From Cercozoa sp. M6MM (Eukaryota > Protista > Endomyxa: Ascetosporea), in assembly GCA_040357565.1 (NCBI GenBank), contig JBDODJ010000001.1: a stretch of DNA of 64,000 nucleotides; one strand, written 5' to 3'. Position 1 is the stretch's first letter, and each line of letters begins with the position of its first letter. Positions 37,970-53,633 of this stretch are shown in pieces. The position numbers and the translations under genes are program-made. Below the pieces are notes generated by a model that was not told the origin of the DNA, did no database searches, and saw nothing but the letters and a program-made list of their open reading frames with translations.

Positions 37970-39730
37970 CTACAGACGAATTCCATCTGGAAGTGAAGTT
38001 ATTAGATGTCGATGTCGATATTCAGTCAAACTGAACTCGAGCTCAATGCATTTTGGCAAAACCTTCTCGAGCTCAATGCGTTTGCAAAACCTTCCCCCGT
38101 CACTACCGCACTGTAGTTCACGAAAGCTACCTGCCGGTCGAGGTACATAGTTTACTTTGACAGACAGAAACAGACAGACCGACAGGCGCAGTGCTACCTT
38201 GGGGTGCAGCCGCGAGCATCCCTGCAGTGACGCCTCGCCGTAGTCGATCAGCACGGCGTGCACGCTGCCTGGTTCGACCTACATGTATGAACACACATAT
38301 GTGCACAGACAGACATGTGTTTCCTTGTCGGAAAAGGTCGTACAGTTCGCCGAGTGAGGCACATGCCTCGATCTGCTCGCAGACCGCGTTGTCGATCGAC
38401 GAGAACATGACATTCCCTAGAGATAGGTCGTTGTGGAGAATGCCGTGCTTGTGCAGACGTGTCAGTAGTCGGCACAGAGTCGAACGTTCGGTGCCCACGC
38501 ACCACACTGACACATCAACAGAGATAAACGCGTACCCATAGCACCTGGTCCTTCATCTTGTCGCATCGCGTGGCGTCGACCGAGATCAGCGACGACGACG
38601 ACGACGAAGGAAGAGCGGTGAGGCGCAGCGTGCCTCCACATGACGCAGACGAGTGACCGCCAAGAAGCGGTCGGCGCGACGCTCAAGCTTCTCGTTCTCT
38701 TGTCGCTCGCACTCAAGTCGCTGCAGTCGCTGCAGTCGCTGCTGCGCGGCCAGTGCTGTGCTGCCGCGCGATGCTGCCGACGCGCGACTTGGCGACGCTT
38801 GACGCAGTCGCTGAAGGAGCAGCGGCCACGGTTCCCAGGCACTCTCGAGCAGCAGCCTCGCTGTCCAGCAGCTGCAGGAGTCGACGCTTTCACTCATTGC
38901 AGCAGCTGCAGCTGCATTTGTTGTTGTTGTTGTTGCTGTTGTTGTTGTTGCTGTTGTTGTTGTTGCTGTTGTTGTTGTTGTCGACGAGTGCCTCCAAGCA
39001 CCCGAAAATCTTGCGCAGGAGTTTCTGCACAGACACAAACACAGAAATATACACAAAAGAAACAGCAACGAAAAAACAAAACAAAAACAAAACAGAAAAG
39101 ACAAAACACAACACACACACAAAAAGTGAAGGGCACAAAAGCTCAGACAGCTCTCTCGGCAGTCCGCACGCACACCCGTAGTGCACAGACACGCCAGGCA
39201 ACATGGTGCACAGCAAATCACACGCACACAGAAAAACTCACCATTCATCAAACGCCAAATCCTTGCCTTGTAGTGCTCGTGCACTCAGATCGTTCTTTTC
39301 TCGTCTTGTTTCACAAGTCGAAGCCTAACACAATGTGGTGAGAAAACAGTGCATTTCTGTACAAAACGCATGTCCATGCACTCATCGCATGTGGAGACCA
39401 CAGAGACAAATCGGCATTTCGGCGTGTGTCGGAGTGGTACAACACACCAACTCGGAAGTCTGCCCAGCCAGGCAGGGCCAGAACGACCAGAGTGCTTTAG
39501 ATAAAGCGTGGGATGTGCGCAGCGGACACTTGAAACTGCGCAAAACCCGTGCGGCACCTTCCGGCGCGCTCTCATGCTGCAGTAAAAGGCGAGTTTTGCA
39601 ACAAATCGGTCACCTGTGGCGTTTCTCCACACAAAAAAGCTGACTAGTGCTTTTTGGTTGTCATTTTGACCTTTAACTATATTATCCACCGGTTAAAGCA
39701 TACTAGACCTCTAATTTCGCTCAACGAACC
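37970..39730 (-). pseudogene. Divergent protein-kinase-like gene, apparently disrupted
   Basis: FVAK (beta-3-like), RLHKHGILHNDLSLGNVMF (catalytic loop) and VLIDYG. There is an in-frame TGA at about 38890 and a frame change relative to the paralogue at 60-61 kb, plus a poly-Asn expansion. Confidence 0.5.
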
Positions 39731-39885
39731 GAAACAGCAGTTTCAGGTTTCCAGACCTGCCAGCCGACCCGATGCTGGGTTTTCGGTCGCGTACGAGAGA
39801 GTTTACGTCGACATAGACAGACATGTGCGGCGGCATATTGCAACTCTTTCTGTATCTTAGATGGTGGCATTGAGAATTTTGCCAT

Positions 39886-39918
39886 TACATAGTTGGTTCC
39901 CAGTAGACTGAACTCACT
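39886..39918 (+). mobile_element. Short remnant of the same retroelement 3' terminus
   Basis: TACATAGTTGGTTCCCAGTAGACTGAACT versus TACATAGTTGGTTTCCTAGAAGACTCAACT at 6215-6244. Confidence 0.6.
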
Positions 39919-40217
39919 CTCAAAGTCAAATTAAAGTTGTCGACTCACTCGACTGCTCGTGCTTTCCTCACGCACGGACAAGTGCGGAGGTACCAAAGCT
40001 GTTGGAGCAGGCAGCAGGGAGTACACCGTACTACCTAAGTCGACCGAGAACGTGCTCAGTGCTCAGAAGTTCTTCAGATACTTTCTGGCACGTTCTTTGG
40101 CTGTTCGCGGAAACGATTAGAAGCAACGTGCACTAATCTGAGGACTAATTGAGTTTAACTAACGTCAGAGACAAGCAATTTTTGGTTTAAAGCAGTAGTC
40201 TGCAGACTGATCGATCA

Positions 40218-40999
40218 ATGGCGCCGATTTGGAGTGCCGTGAGTTTTGTCTTCGTGGCTGTTCAGGAATTGAAAGTTGATTGGGTGGTGTCTGTAGATCC
40301 TCGGATGGGCGTGGTTCATCCTGAAACTCGTGGTGCTGGTGCCGTTGTCGCTGTGGTTTGCATATGCGCTGCTGGTGCCGCTGTTGGTGTGCCTCATTGT
40401 CATGACGATTGGTGCTTTGTCACTGGGCACTGCCCACATGCGGCGCCAAGTCGCATTCCACTGGTCCAACATGCGCCGTCGACTGGCGCAACTGCGAAAG
40501 AGACTTCGTGTACTTTTATCCTTTTGTACACACGCACACGTGTCCCAGAGCTAGAGGCAGAGTGGTGCATACTGACTGACAGGCACACACCTTGCGGCGA
40601 GTGCGCGAGTCTGACTGGGTCGCCTGGTGGTGGCTCCGTCTGCTTCCTCAGCACCGTTTCGACTGCGACATCTGCGGCGACACTGGCCTGCCTGCCTACC
40701 GCACTGCCAGCATGCACACCGATGCGTGTGTTCCCTCTATCTCTGTGGATATATATGTATGTATACAGCACAATGGCACAGTGCATTGTGTGTGCTGCAG
40801 AGAGAGCGGCATGCACCGCATGTGCCATTCGTGTCTGCGCAACACGGTGCTGCACGCCAGTGGGCACGTGCAGATTGCGTGTCCCATGTGCCACTCACTG
40901 GAGAAACGCCACCGTCGGTACCTGCGCGACGACACACTGACCGACGTGTTCTGCGGCTATCCCGACCAACTGCAGCGAGTGCGACGGTAGCACACTCTG

Positions 41000-41031
<32 letters not shown>

Positions 41032-41179
41032 CACACACACACGCATGCAGCACTCTTTGAGATACTCACCTCCCTGTGGGATGGGATGCACAGATGGCAA
41101 CTCGAGCAGGGACTCAACTCGCTGTCGCAGCAGTGCCCGGAAGGCACGAGACTCTGGCGTTGTGCCACGCCCAACTGTA

Positions 41180-41243
<64 letters not shown>

Positions 41244-41253
41244 NNNNNNNNNN

Positions 41254-41302
<49 letters not shown>

Positions 41303-42928
41303 CACAGGGATGTAGAATGGGGTTGGACTCGCGCATTTGTAATGTGTGTGTGATAGGCAACAACGCCAAGGTACTGGAGGTGCCCAGGAATAGTCTGCTA
41401 ATGTCGCACTGTCTGCGACTCGAGTGCGAGGGCTGCGGTGCCTGCACTTGCAAGCGGTGCGAACGGCCCTGGTCGGCGCGTCTCGTGAAACGCTCCGCCG
41501 ACAACAGGACCTCTGTCGGTACCTCCATATTGTTTGCAGTCCTTCCTACTGTAAGTCTACGTTTGATTGAGCAGTGCAAGAGTTGCTGCACGCTGACGAG
41601 AGTGACTGCGAGCAGTACGCGCGGAGGATCAGGCGGCTCGAGTCCGCGATGCGAGTGAAGAACCAGAAACTGCGTGACACCGGCGACACACTCGAGTTGC
41701 AGACCTCGAATGGTAATCCATTGTGCTTGTGCAGTTCAATTTGATAAATGTAGACTCGTTGATGGATTGCAGGCTCGCACGCCTACGTGTCACCACTGTC
41801 GCCCGAGTCAGTGAACTCCAAGTTGTGTCCTCAGTGTGTACCGCAACCTTTGTCCTCATCCCTTATCAGTGTTCGGTGCCACACACACCCACACACACAT
41901 ACACACACGCACACTGCACAGGGCGCACTGATCAGTCGCACGGCAGGCTGCAACCACATGACTTGCAAGTGCAAGCACGAGTTCTGGTAGTTGCTTCCTC
42001 CCGCGCTGTCACCTGTGCTGCTATCTTGTTACATTGATAGCTACGTGTGCCTGATGCCGCACCACGGACACAACTCTGCCTCCTGCACCGAGCGGTGGCA
42101 GTTGGACCGGACGGCACGCATCGCGATGTTTCAAAGCAGCTTCCTTGGCACTGACTCTGAGGATGTGGTCGAACAACTGCAGGCGCTGAACTTAGAGCGT
42201 CTACGCATGGAGCAGGGTCAGTTAATTTTCACCTTTCCACTTTTGTGCCTTTTTGTAATCGTTATAACTTTGTTTCAATTGGCGTAGTAAACATAACGCA
42301 AACTGTCCGCCGAGCTCCTCGTCGTCGCCGCTGCTTCAACGCTGTCCGAGATCGCACGGACGCTGCCTTGCACCGGTATCATCTCTGCTTCGTTGCTAGG
42401 TCGAAGCGCTCACTCTAGCCCCTTGTTTACATGTTCCAACGTGCTTTTCAGGCTAGTGGCGAAGCTGCGCATACAGCACACCGAAGGTTTACGTGTGATT
42501 AAAGCATTCGGCCGCATGCTTTTCAGTGTGCTACGTGTTCGCTTGGTACTTTTGCTAACAAATAGACGCGTTTTTGTCGTATCGATAAGGCTAAACTGTA
42601 TCGTTAGATGATCGCGCTGCTGGGCTATTCGTACTTTGCGCTGCGTCGAGTCGGACTCTCCCTGCCGATGCGAGTGCTGCGACACGGCTTTGGCTCCTTG
42701 TGCGGCATATTCCTCTTCTGCATCTTCATGGTGTGTCAGTTCTTTTCGCGCTGTCGCTTCAAGCAACGTATGTGGCGGTCACGGCGTCGAAGACGACAGC
42801 GACCGGCACCGCGCCTTTTGCCTCATGTGCCAGTGCACCGACCGCGCAAGCTGCAACAGAAACAGCGCTACATTAAACGACGCGTCGAGCGCGTGGTACG
42901 GCAACGCACGCGCCATGTGAACAACTGA
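40218..42928 (+). CDS. Membrane-anchored RBR (RING-IBR-RING) E3 ubiquitin ligase
   Basis: RING1 CDIC..HRMCHSC..CPMC, IBR RCATPNC..CEGC..CKRC, and RING2 CPQC..GCNHMTCKCKHEFCYVC with the catalytic Cys. Hydrophobic helices occur at both termini. Confidence 0.85.
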
Positions 42929-43167
42929 CATGTGAACACCTGACACAAACTGTTGGAAGTTGAACTGAACGTTTATCCATCGATATCCATCTTATCACAT
43001 CCGCTCTATTCGATGTGTGACGGAGTGAGTAATCAAAATTTGTACACTACGGCCGGACTCACGGATGTCGGTCAACGCAACTTGGCCACGCCGCAGGCAG
43101 GCGACGGAGCGCATCGCCTGTCAGCTTAAGATTGCCGAGGGGCCAGGTTGGTTGCAGAGTCAAGGAC

Positions 43168-45203
43168 TCAGCGCTCGATGGTGTGCGCATGTATCCTTTG
43201 TGAGCTTACGACGTGTCGCTCAACGCGAGCCAAGTTGCGCTGAATACAGTCAACTTACTAGAGGCCGGATTTGTCAGCATTTAAAATTGTCTCTACCTTA
43301 AATCGCGGCAGGTCCTCTCCGAGCAGTCGTGCCAATGACGAAGAACCATTCAGTTGGAAGGAGAAACTTGCTTCGGCAGACGAGTCACTGGTCGTCGAGC
43401 TGAGGAGTGACTTTGGCTGTGCTTCGTCTTGCTCCGACACTGTGTGACTCAAGTTTAGTGTACTGCGACTTGCGTGAATTCTTTTCTTCTCACCCAGTCG
43501 CTTGGGTCTCGCTGGTGCACTCTTGCGCAAGCTGTGCGGAGGCACTATTCGGTGGCCGTGTTCAGATGATTCCGCAATCCTTCTTTCGATGGTGTTGAAC
43601 TGCGAACGTAGCACGCCAATGTCTCGGGCAAAGCCAGAAACCTCCAGTTGACGACGCTGCTTAAAGATCGCATTTGCCCGAAAAATAAAGATCATACGAT
43701 ATGGTGTACAGTAAATTTACCTTGACGACAGAGTTGTACTTTTGCTTGAGTTTGTCGAATTTGCTTCCAAGCGATTCAACTCTCGCTTGTGCAGCACTTT
43801 CTGCGGCTTGTAACCGAGCTCTGCATGCGAAAAAGCACTTGCAGACAAGCAGCGGTATTTGTAAAAGATAAATGTCGAGGGTACTTCAGGTAGAGTGCCT
43901 CCTCGCGAGCTTTCCTCGCACTGCAGATGGCTCGCTCCAGTGTCGTTTCAGCGTCTCGCTTGGCTCCAATTCTCTCCCGTTCCCGCATGGTCTTGGTTCG
44001 CTCGCGAATCTCGTCACACTTTTCCTTCGTCATGTCGTACTTTGCGCGCAACTCGGCGTTTTCAGCTTGCAAGGACTCTACCGTCGAGTTCTGTCCACGC
44101 CGGACAGTCAGCAGCTCGTTCAGTGCGTCATCGCGTGTCTTCTCTGCGACTCTCATCTCTTCTCCAAGTTTCCTCACTGCATCTCGAAGTGCTAGGATGT
44201 GCTTCTTGTGCTCCTTCGCTTGGAGCTCTCGTTCCTGCTTAAAAGCCGCAGCCCGCTCGCGCGCCGCATCCTCAGCCTCCTTCAATTGGCCTCGCAGGAG
44301 TTCGTTTGCGGCTTTCAGTGGCTCTTCCTCCTCTGAAGGCAGATAAACCAATCGAATTGACCTTCCGCCGACCCTTGCTGCCTCTGCGAACCGCGAAAGC
44401 TCGACTCGTGCGCCGTGTCCTTTAGGCCATTTCTTCTGCTTCGTTTTCTTCTTCGGCTTCTTTGATGCCCGACTCGAGCCTACAGCTGTGTCGGGAAAAT
44501 GAACAGTGTCAACACTGACACCATTCGTGGAGTAGTGCAGTTTTGCAGTGGTCTGTGGGGCTTTGTTTTTCCGCAGTCGGACAATTTCAGTGACTGGTTC
44601 AGAAATCGACTCCAGTCGAGCAATGTGCTCTGTCTGCTCAATTTCTCGAATCTTCATGTCTGCGAGTACCTTTTTCAGCTGCAACACTCGGTCTCGTTCG
44701 TCATGCACAAAAAGGTTTGCATCGCTGAGCGCTTGTTGCAGCTGTTCGACCTGCTCATTCGCCCTGGACAGACGAATGCGTAGATCGAGAACCTCCTTTC
44801 GTGAACCTCGAAGAGTGTCGAGCTGCTGCTCGAAGCTGCGTCGCTCTTCCTCGAAGTTTCTGGCTTGTTCACGCAGGAATTTCACCTCGTTTTGCAGCTT
44901 TCGTGCTCCCAAACGCGTCAGTTTGCCATCTTCGCTCTCTTCTGATGGACTTGGAGTCAACCTCGGCTTTGGTGGCCGATTTACCGGCTTGACTGATGTG
45001 TGCGGTTTTGCTTCCTGGCTGTTGTTGCTCACGGTAAAGAAAGACGGAGCCGAGACCAAGTCGCTATTATGAGCCACAAACGGATCGTACTTGAGCACAA
45101 AACTAAACAAAACCCGGAAAAAGCCAACCTTTGCTGCGAAAGGCACACCTCGCTGGTTGCCTCGCCAATGCAGTGAGAGTCTTGCATCTTCGTCGATGTA
45201 CAC
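43168..45203 (-). CDS. CCDC77: Coiled-coil domain protein CCDC77-like
   Basis: LQQALSDANLFVHDERDRVLQL..MKIREIE and RRQLEVSGFARDIGVLRSQ resemble conserved CCDC77 blocks as recalled. Confidence 0.7.
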
Positions 45204-45446
45204 GTTGACGAGAGCTTAATCTGAGGCCAAAGAATGGATAATGACCGCTAGTGTGTAGGATGTGCAATCTCCACGCGGAGGGAAGAAAATACCGTGATGC
45301 GATTTTGTAAAACTAATTCCGCCTTTCTTTTCGTTCATTTGGCAGCTGTGCTGGACTCGATTCGGTTTTGTGGTACGGTACGCGACTACTAAGTACTTCG
45401 TGGCAGTTGAGTACGTACTACGTAGAGTATTTTTAGCCGACAAGGG

Positions 45447-46183
45447 TTATTCTACTATATCAACCTGCCTGGACCCGCGCCGACCGGAAGGTTTAGTTGG
45501 TTCCGCGGCAAGGTCAACGGGCAGTACAGGCTCCAGCAGTAGTCTTTGGGTCTCGCTGTCCCGCTCGCCTGGCAATAGTGCTTGCTCAATCAGCTGCAGC
45601 TTCTTCATTATGTCGCTCGTGTCATCTTCGAACGCGTGCACGTGAATATCGGCGTTGAAGACATCGGCAAACGCGTCAATAAGACTGTCTCGAACTTGAT
45701 GTGCTTGTGGCATGCTATCGTTCTGTTCAAACGCAGAACAATGATGCTCCAGCATCAGTCGCATCAGAGCAATTTGCACCAACATCGACTGCATGCAGGT
45801 GACACCGGCCTCATTTTCCGAGATTCCGCATGGAACAATGTCGTCAAACATGCCCATGTGGGTATCGAACAGGTTGAGTGCGAAACCATGGTAGGTCTTC
45901 CACCTGTTAGTGAGGGTACAAACACACACACGTAGACCGACAGACAAGGGTGGCTTGTGACCAGTTTGCACCTGGCAGCACCGAGTCCGATGGCGCAGAT
46001 TTTGTCCGTGTGACCTCTGACACTGTCGACGAAAACGCCCGTGTGTTCCGAGTGTCGGCACGCGTCGATCTGGTGCTCTGCCAGTGCGCGTATCACGACC
46101 TCTTCCAAGCCGCGTAGTGCCGCACGCAGTGACATTTTCTCTCTGTAACATACACATGGGCTTTCTTCCTTGCATCCACGCGG

Positions 46184-46261
<78 letters not shown>

Positions 46262-46714
46262 CAGGTCAGGCAAGTGGATCAGCGGGTATCCAACGATCTG
46301 ACCCGGGAAGTGAGTGGTCACTGATCGAGCACAACACCATGGGGGGGTCACTTGGGTCTACGAGCAGCATCAGGCAGCGGGTGTACCTTCACCGCCGCGT
46401 TCTGTGCGATACACAGGCGCATGTGGCTCGTGTGTTCGAAAGTTGTCCACCGTGGAGGAGCGACCCAGCGTGTAGCATCGTTCGTGTCTGTCAGCTAGAG
46501 CACTTTGAACAGTCAGACACGATCACAAAATCTGAACTGACTCGAGCAGCAAAAGGTAGTTTCGACAGTCTTGCTTCTTTTTGTGCCGGTGGATCAATGC
46601 TCTCCTACCAACAAACACCACGTTTTCAGCAGACCAGCAGGGATCAGCAACCTACTGCCAAGCAAGAGCTCGTGGGAACGGCACTTTGCCGCACACAAAA
46701 GCTTCAAGCCGCAT
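45447..46714 (-). CDS. LIPT2: Octanoyltransferase LipB / LIPT2
   Basis: VYRTERGGEVTTHFPGQIVGYP, TGVFV..KICAIG, TYHGFALN, IVPCGI. Confidence 0.92.
46186..46258 (+). repeat. (CA)n microsatellite in a LipB intron
   Basis: Directly visible. Confidence 0.95.
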
Positions 46715-46936
46715 CGAATGCCACGGCAGTCAGTTATTGGCACACCACACGACACAATCCCCCGACACTAAATTAAAACTAAGTAACTGTGTCGTGAGCA
46801 CACACGTGCACTGCTCAGATGAGCTGCTTACGTGCGCTCGTACAGCGTTTCAGAAAAACTACAGTACGTATCCCAAAGTAACGAGCACTGTCGTGCGTAC
46901 GCTTCCTTCGTTTACTAAATCGGTCAGGACGCACAG

Positions 46937-49243
46937 TTAGCCACACTTGCCGCCACCGCAGCCTCCCTTGGCCAGGAAGTCCTCGCTGCAAGAAACCATA
47001 GAGGTCAGAGCACAAAAGACACAAGACTGGTGTTGAACTGATACCCGCTCGCGCGCGTGACCTCGAGGGTAGTGAAACTCTCGGCGTCCGTCGGGTGGAT
47101 GCCGACAAGTGAATCAAAGTCGCTCTTGGTGGCGCCCAGTCGCAGACCGAGAGCGAAGCCCTGCAGCAAAGAGAAAAGAGTGTGATTTTCCGTATTTGTT
47201 CGACTCGACTGGTTTGATGGTCTGATGGGTCTGACTGGGAGAACAAGTGTACCTGAGTGACCTCGCCAGCATTGGGACCGACGAAATGGAAGCCAACGAC
47301 GCGTTCGTTTTCGTTCTTGAGACACACGAGTTTGGACAGACAGGGCGCCGGGAACTCGGGGTCCAGATCGTGCTCCTGTGTGGGTTTTAATCGTATTTTC
47401 TTTGACAAGAAAAAACGGGAGAAAACACTGACCGGATTGGCGCCGTGCTTGTAGCGATGCGCCGCTTGGATCTCGAGTGTCGTGAATCGGAACAGGTAGG
47501 TCTCAATGTTGTCCTTGCCGTACTTTTTCTCGGCATCCTCCTCGGAGAGACCAATGACGCCGTACTCGAAAGGCGTGAACACAGTGGTCGGCACCAGGTT
47601 GTAGTCCATCAACTCCGTCTTGCCGGCGAACAGTCGGCGAGCCAGCAACTCACCTGGAGGAACACAACGGTACACACATACATAGACTCACACAGGGAGG
47701 GCGGCATAGGTTGGTTTGTCAAGCAGGGACATACCAGTGCGAATGGCGACAGGCGTCAGTTCCATGCGGCCTTGCACGACATCACCAATGGCAAAGATGC
47801 TCGGCACCTCCTGCACCAGAGGGTTGGGAGGGGGTAGCAGAGAGTAAGGCTAAGTGGGTGGTACCGTAGCATCGTTCTCATTGACGCGAAGCTTGCCGCG
47901 CGAGTCGGTGGAGACACCGGCGGCCGCGAGGTTGAGACCGCTGGTGTCGGCCTTGCGACCGGCAGCATACAGCACGGTCTTGTAGGTGTCCTCAGTACCG
48001 TCGCTAAAGGTCACCTTGATCGGACCCTCATCGCCCTGCTTTTCCATCTTGACCGGCAGCACCTGTCGCTTGAAGTGCACGCCCTGCGCCTCCATCAGCT
48101 CGCCGATCTGCTCGGCGCACTGACGGTCGAACCTGCGAGTGGGGGATATATACAGGGGGTAACTATATACGTGGAGGGTAACTATGGGGGTGGGGAGGGG
48201 TAGAGGGTAACAAAATAGGGGTGGGAAGGGTAGAGGGTAACTATATAGGGGTGGGGTAGAGGAGGGTGACTATATAGGAGGAGGGTAGGGGTAGGGGTAC
48301 CCACGGAGCAGGATGCTGCGCACAGCGACAGTGGTGTCGTAGCCGAGTTCATTGAGGAAGCCGGCGCACTCGAGTGCAATGTAGGAGGCACCGACCACGA
48401 GAGTCTTGCCAGGCGACTCACTCCACGAGAACAAGTCGTCGCTCGTGATGGCGGCACTGACACCAGGCACCTCGTCCTCGGACGGCACAAACGGACGTCC
48501 GCCGACGGCCAGCACGATGTGCTTGGCCGTCGACACCTGCTGTTGACGCTTCCACTTGTAGCTGACGCTGTTGGGACCGGCGAGTGCTCCCAGAGCCGGG
48601 ATGTACTGCACCTTGGCCGAGCGCAGGCCACTGCGGTAGCCAAAGTTGAGTTGCCGCACGTGGTTCTGCACGCTTTCAACCAGCTTGGCCCACTCGTGCT
48701 GAACGCCACCCGGCACCTGCCAGCCAAAGTGACGCGCGTCGGCAAACGAGCCGCCCAGCAGACCGGCGTAGTGCATGATCTTCTTGGGCACACAGCCCAC
48801 GTTGACGCAGGTGCCTCCGAGACCCCACCGCGTTCCATGCGATGTCGGCTTCACCTTGTCCAGCAGCAGCACCTTGGCACCGTGACTGGCGGCCTCCTTG
48901 GCACACGCCATGCCACCGCTGCCGCCGCCAATTACGATCTACCAGGACACACATACCAGATCATAAGCCTCCCCCCCCCTCCGGCAGATCCGAGAAACGC
49001 ACCAGGTCGTAGTCGTACTCTTCGCTCATTTCGGGGGACTAATTGCAGGAAACGTAAAGTCTAAATTAGGTGTCTCAAACACAAGCGAAAAACGCGTTTG
49101 GTTCCGAAACAGAATCAAAAAATGAGGGAGCAAGGCACAAAGAAGCTTCCGCTTCGCTTTGCGCGGAACAAGTACACGCCAGCTGCCACCGTAGAAGCAG
49201 CCACAGCAGCGTAGCACCAACTCCGCGCACGCGAGGAGAGCAT
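46937..49243 (-). CDS. TrxR: High-Mr thioredoxin reductase (C-terminal CGGGKCG type); conserved core starts at ATG 49029
   Basis: [68 protein letters not shown], and C-terminus [11 protein letters not shown] (TAA at 46937-46939). Confidence 0.96.
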
Positions 49244-49603
49244 ACTACTTGTTTCAACGCACCCAGGGCACCAAACACGAAGCAAAATGCACAAACGTCC
49301 TAAAACGTGAAATTGCGATCAATCGTCTCTGATTTCATTAAGGGTGCGGCAAACGGTACCAGAGTGCCCTCCTCGTGTATCGCGCGCTGCTACGGCGAGC
49401 GTAAGTCTAGTGTACCGACCAAATAGGCCCAGACCGTGGTTAGGCATTATTTCGACTCAAGTCTGACGACTGAGGTGCACTTTTCTCGTTTGTTGACCTT
49501 TCAGCCTGCCTATCTTTGGCTTTGGTTTCTGATTTCTTCTGTTTATTTGCTTTTACATCTTACCCATGATGTAAGGTTTGTTTTGTTCATGACAGACCAG
49601 ACG

Positions 49604-52846
<3,243 letters not shown>

Positions 52847-53633
52847 CTTGTTTCCGTTCCCTTTGCGTTGGTACATTAGTGCGTTTGGTTCGTACCGGTA
52901 CCCGCGGTGGTTGATCTCGACTTTCTCTCATTAACCAAGTCTCATGACCTACCGTACTATAAATTTTGGAGTTTTGTTACGGTATACATAAACCAGTAAC
53001 TAAGGTATCGAAGACGACTAAATAAAGGAAGTGCTAACTTCAGTTAGAAAGACGTCGAAGGGGAGGATTAGATGACATACCCTTGTAGGAAAGGTCGTCG
53101 AAAGCTTGGACGCCTTTTTGGAGTTATATAAGTCAGCCCAAGCACTGCAGTCAAAGTGCGTGAGCTGTAGAAAGTCAGGTCTAGCAAAACAAATCCTTCA
53201 TCTAACCATACTGGTTCAGATTCCGCGCTGACGAGTCAGACGTGTGGCTTGGTTGATTGAGAATCCCAATGCCGTAACAGTTTGTGGCTCTGTTTGCTGA
53301 TTGCAAACACTGGCCCTGTCTGAGATACTGTAGCCTGTAGATTGAGGAAGCTTGCGTATTCGCTCTTGCTGCAAGACCCTTGTCTCTCGTAAAGGCATAG
53401 GTCACGGGAGTTCCCTTCCTACGGCCGCTTGACGGGTTTTTGCAGCGGTTAACAGTTTTCCCTCGGCAACTGAACTCTAGTAAAGCGTCTGCGTCGAACC
53501 TGTTTGGTGTTCTTTTTGTAGCATCGCCACAAAGACAGCAACATCCACGAGGCGCCGGCAGGACCATCCATTTATTAAAAATCATTGGCCAGAATTCAAA
53601 CGGACTCGACTGGAGCGAAAAAAGAACTACACG

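Noticed and set aside
38885-38895. In-frame TGA as selenocysteine or readthrough
   Set aside because: A frame change follows nearby, so pseudogenisation or mis-inferred splicing is simpler; no SECIS identified.
45447-49243. LipB-TrxR adjacency as a functional redox cluster
   Set aside because: Only two genes, with no synteny evidence; chance adjacency is sufficient.
53222-53245. CTGACGAG as a hammerhead core in the 53/61-kb repeat
   Set aside because: No GAAA follows a stem II in either copy.
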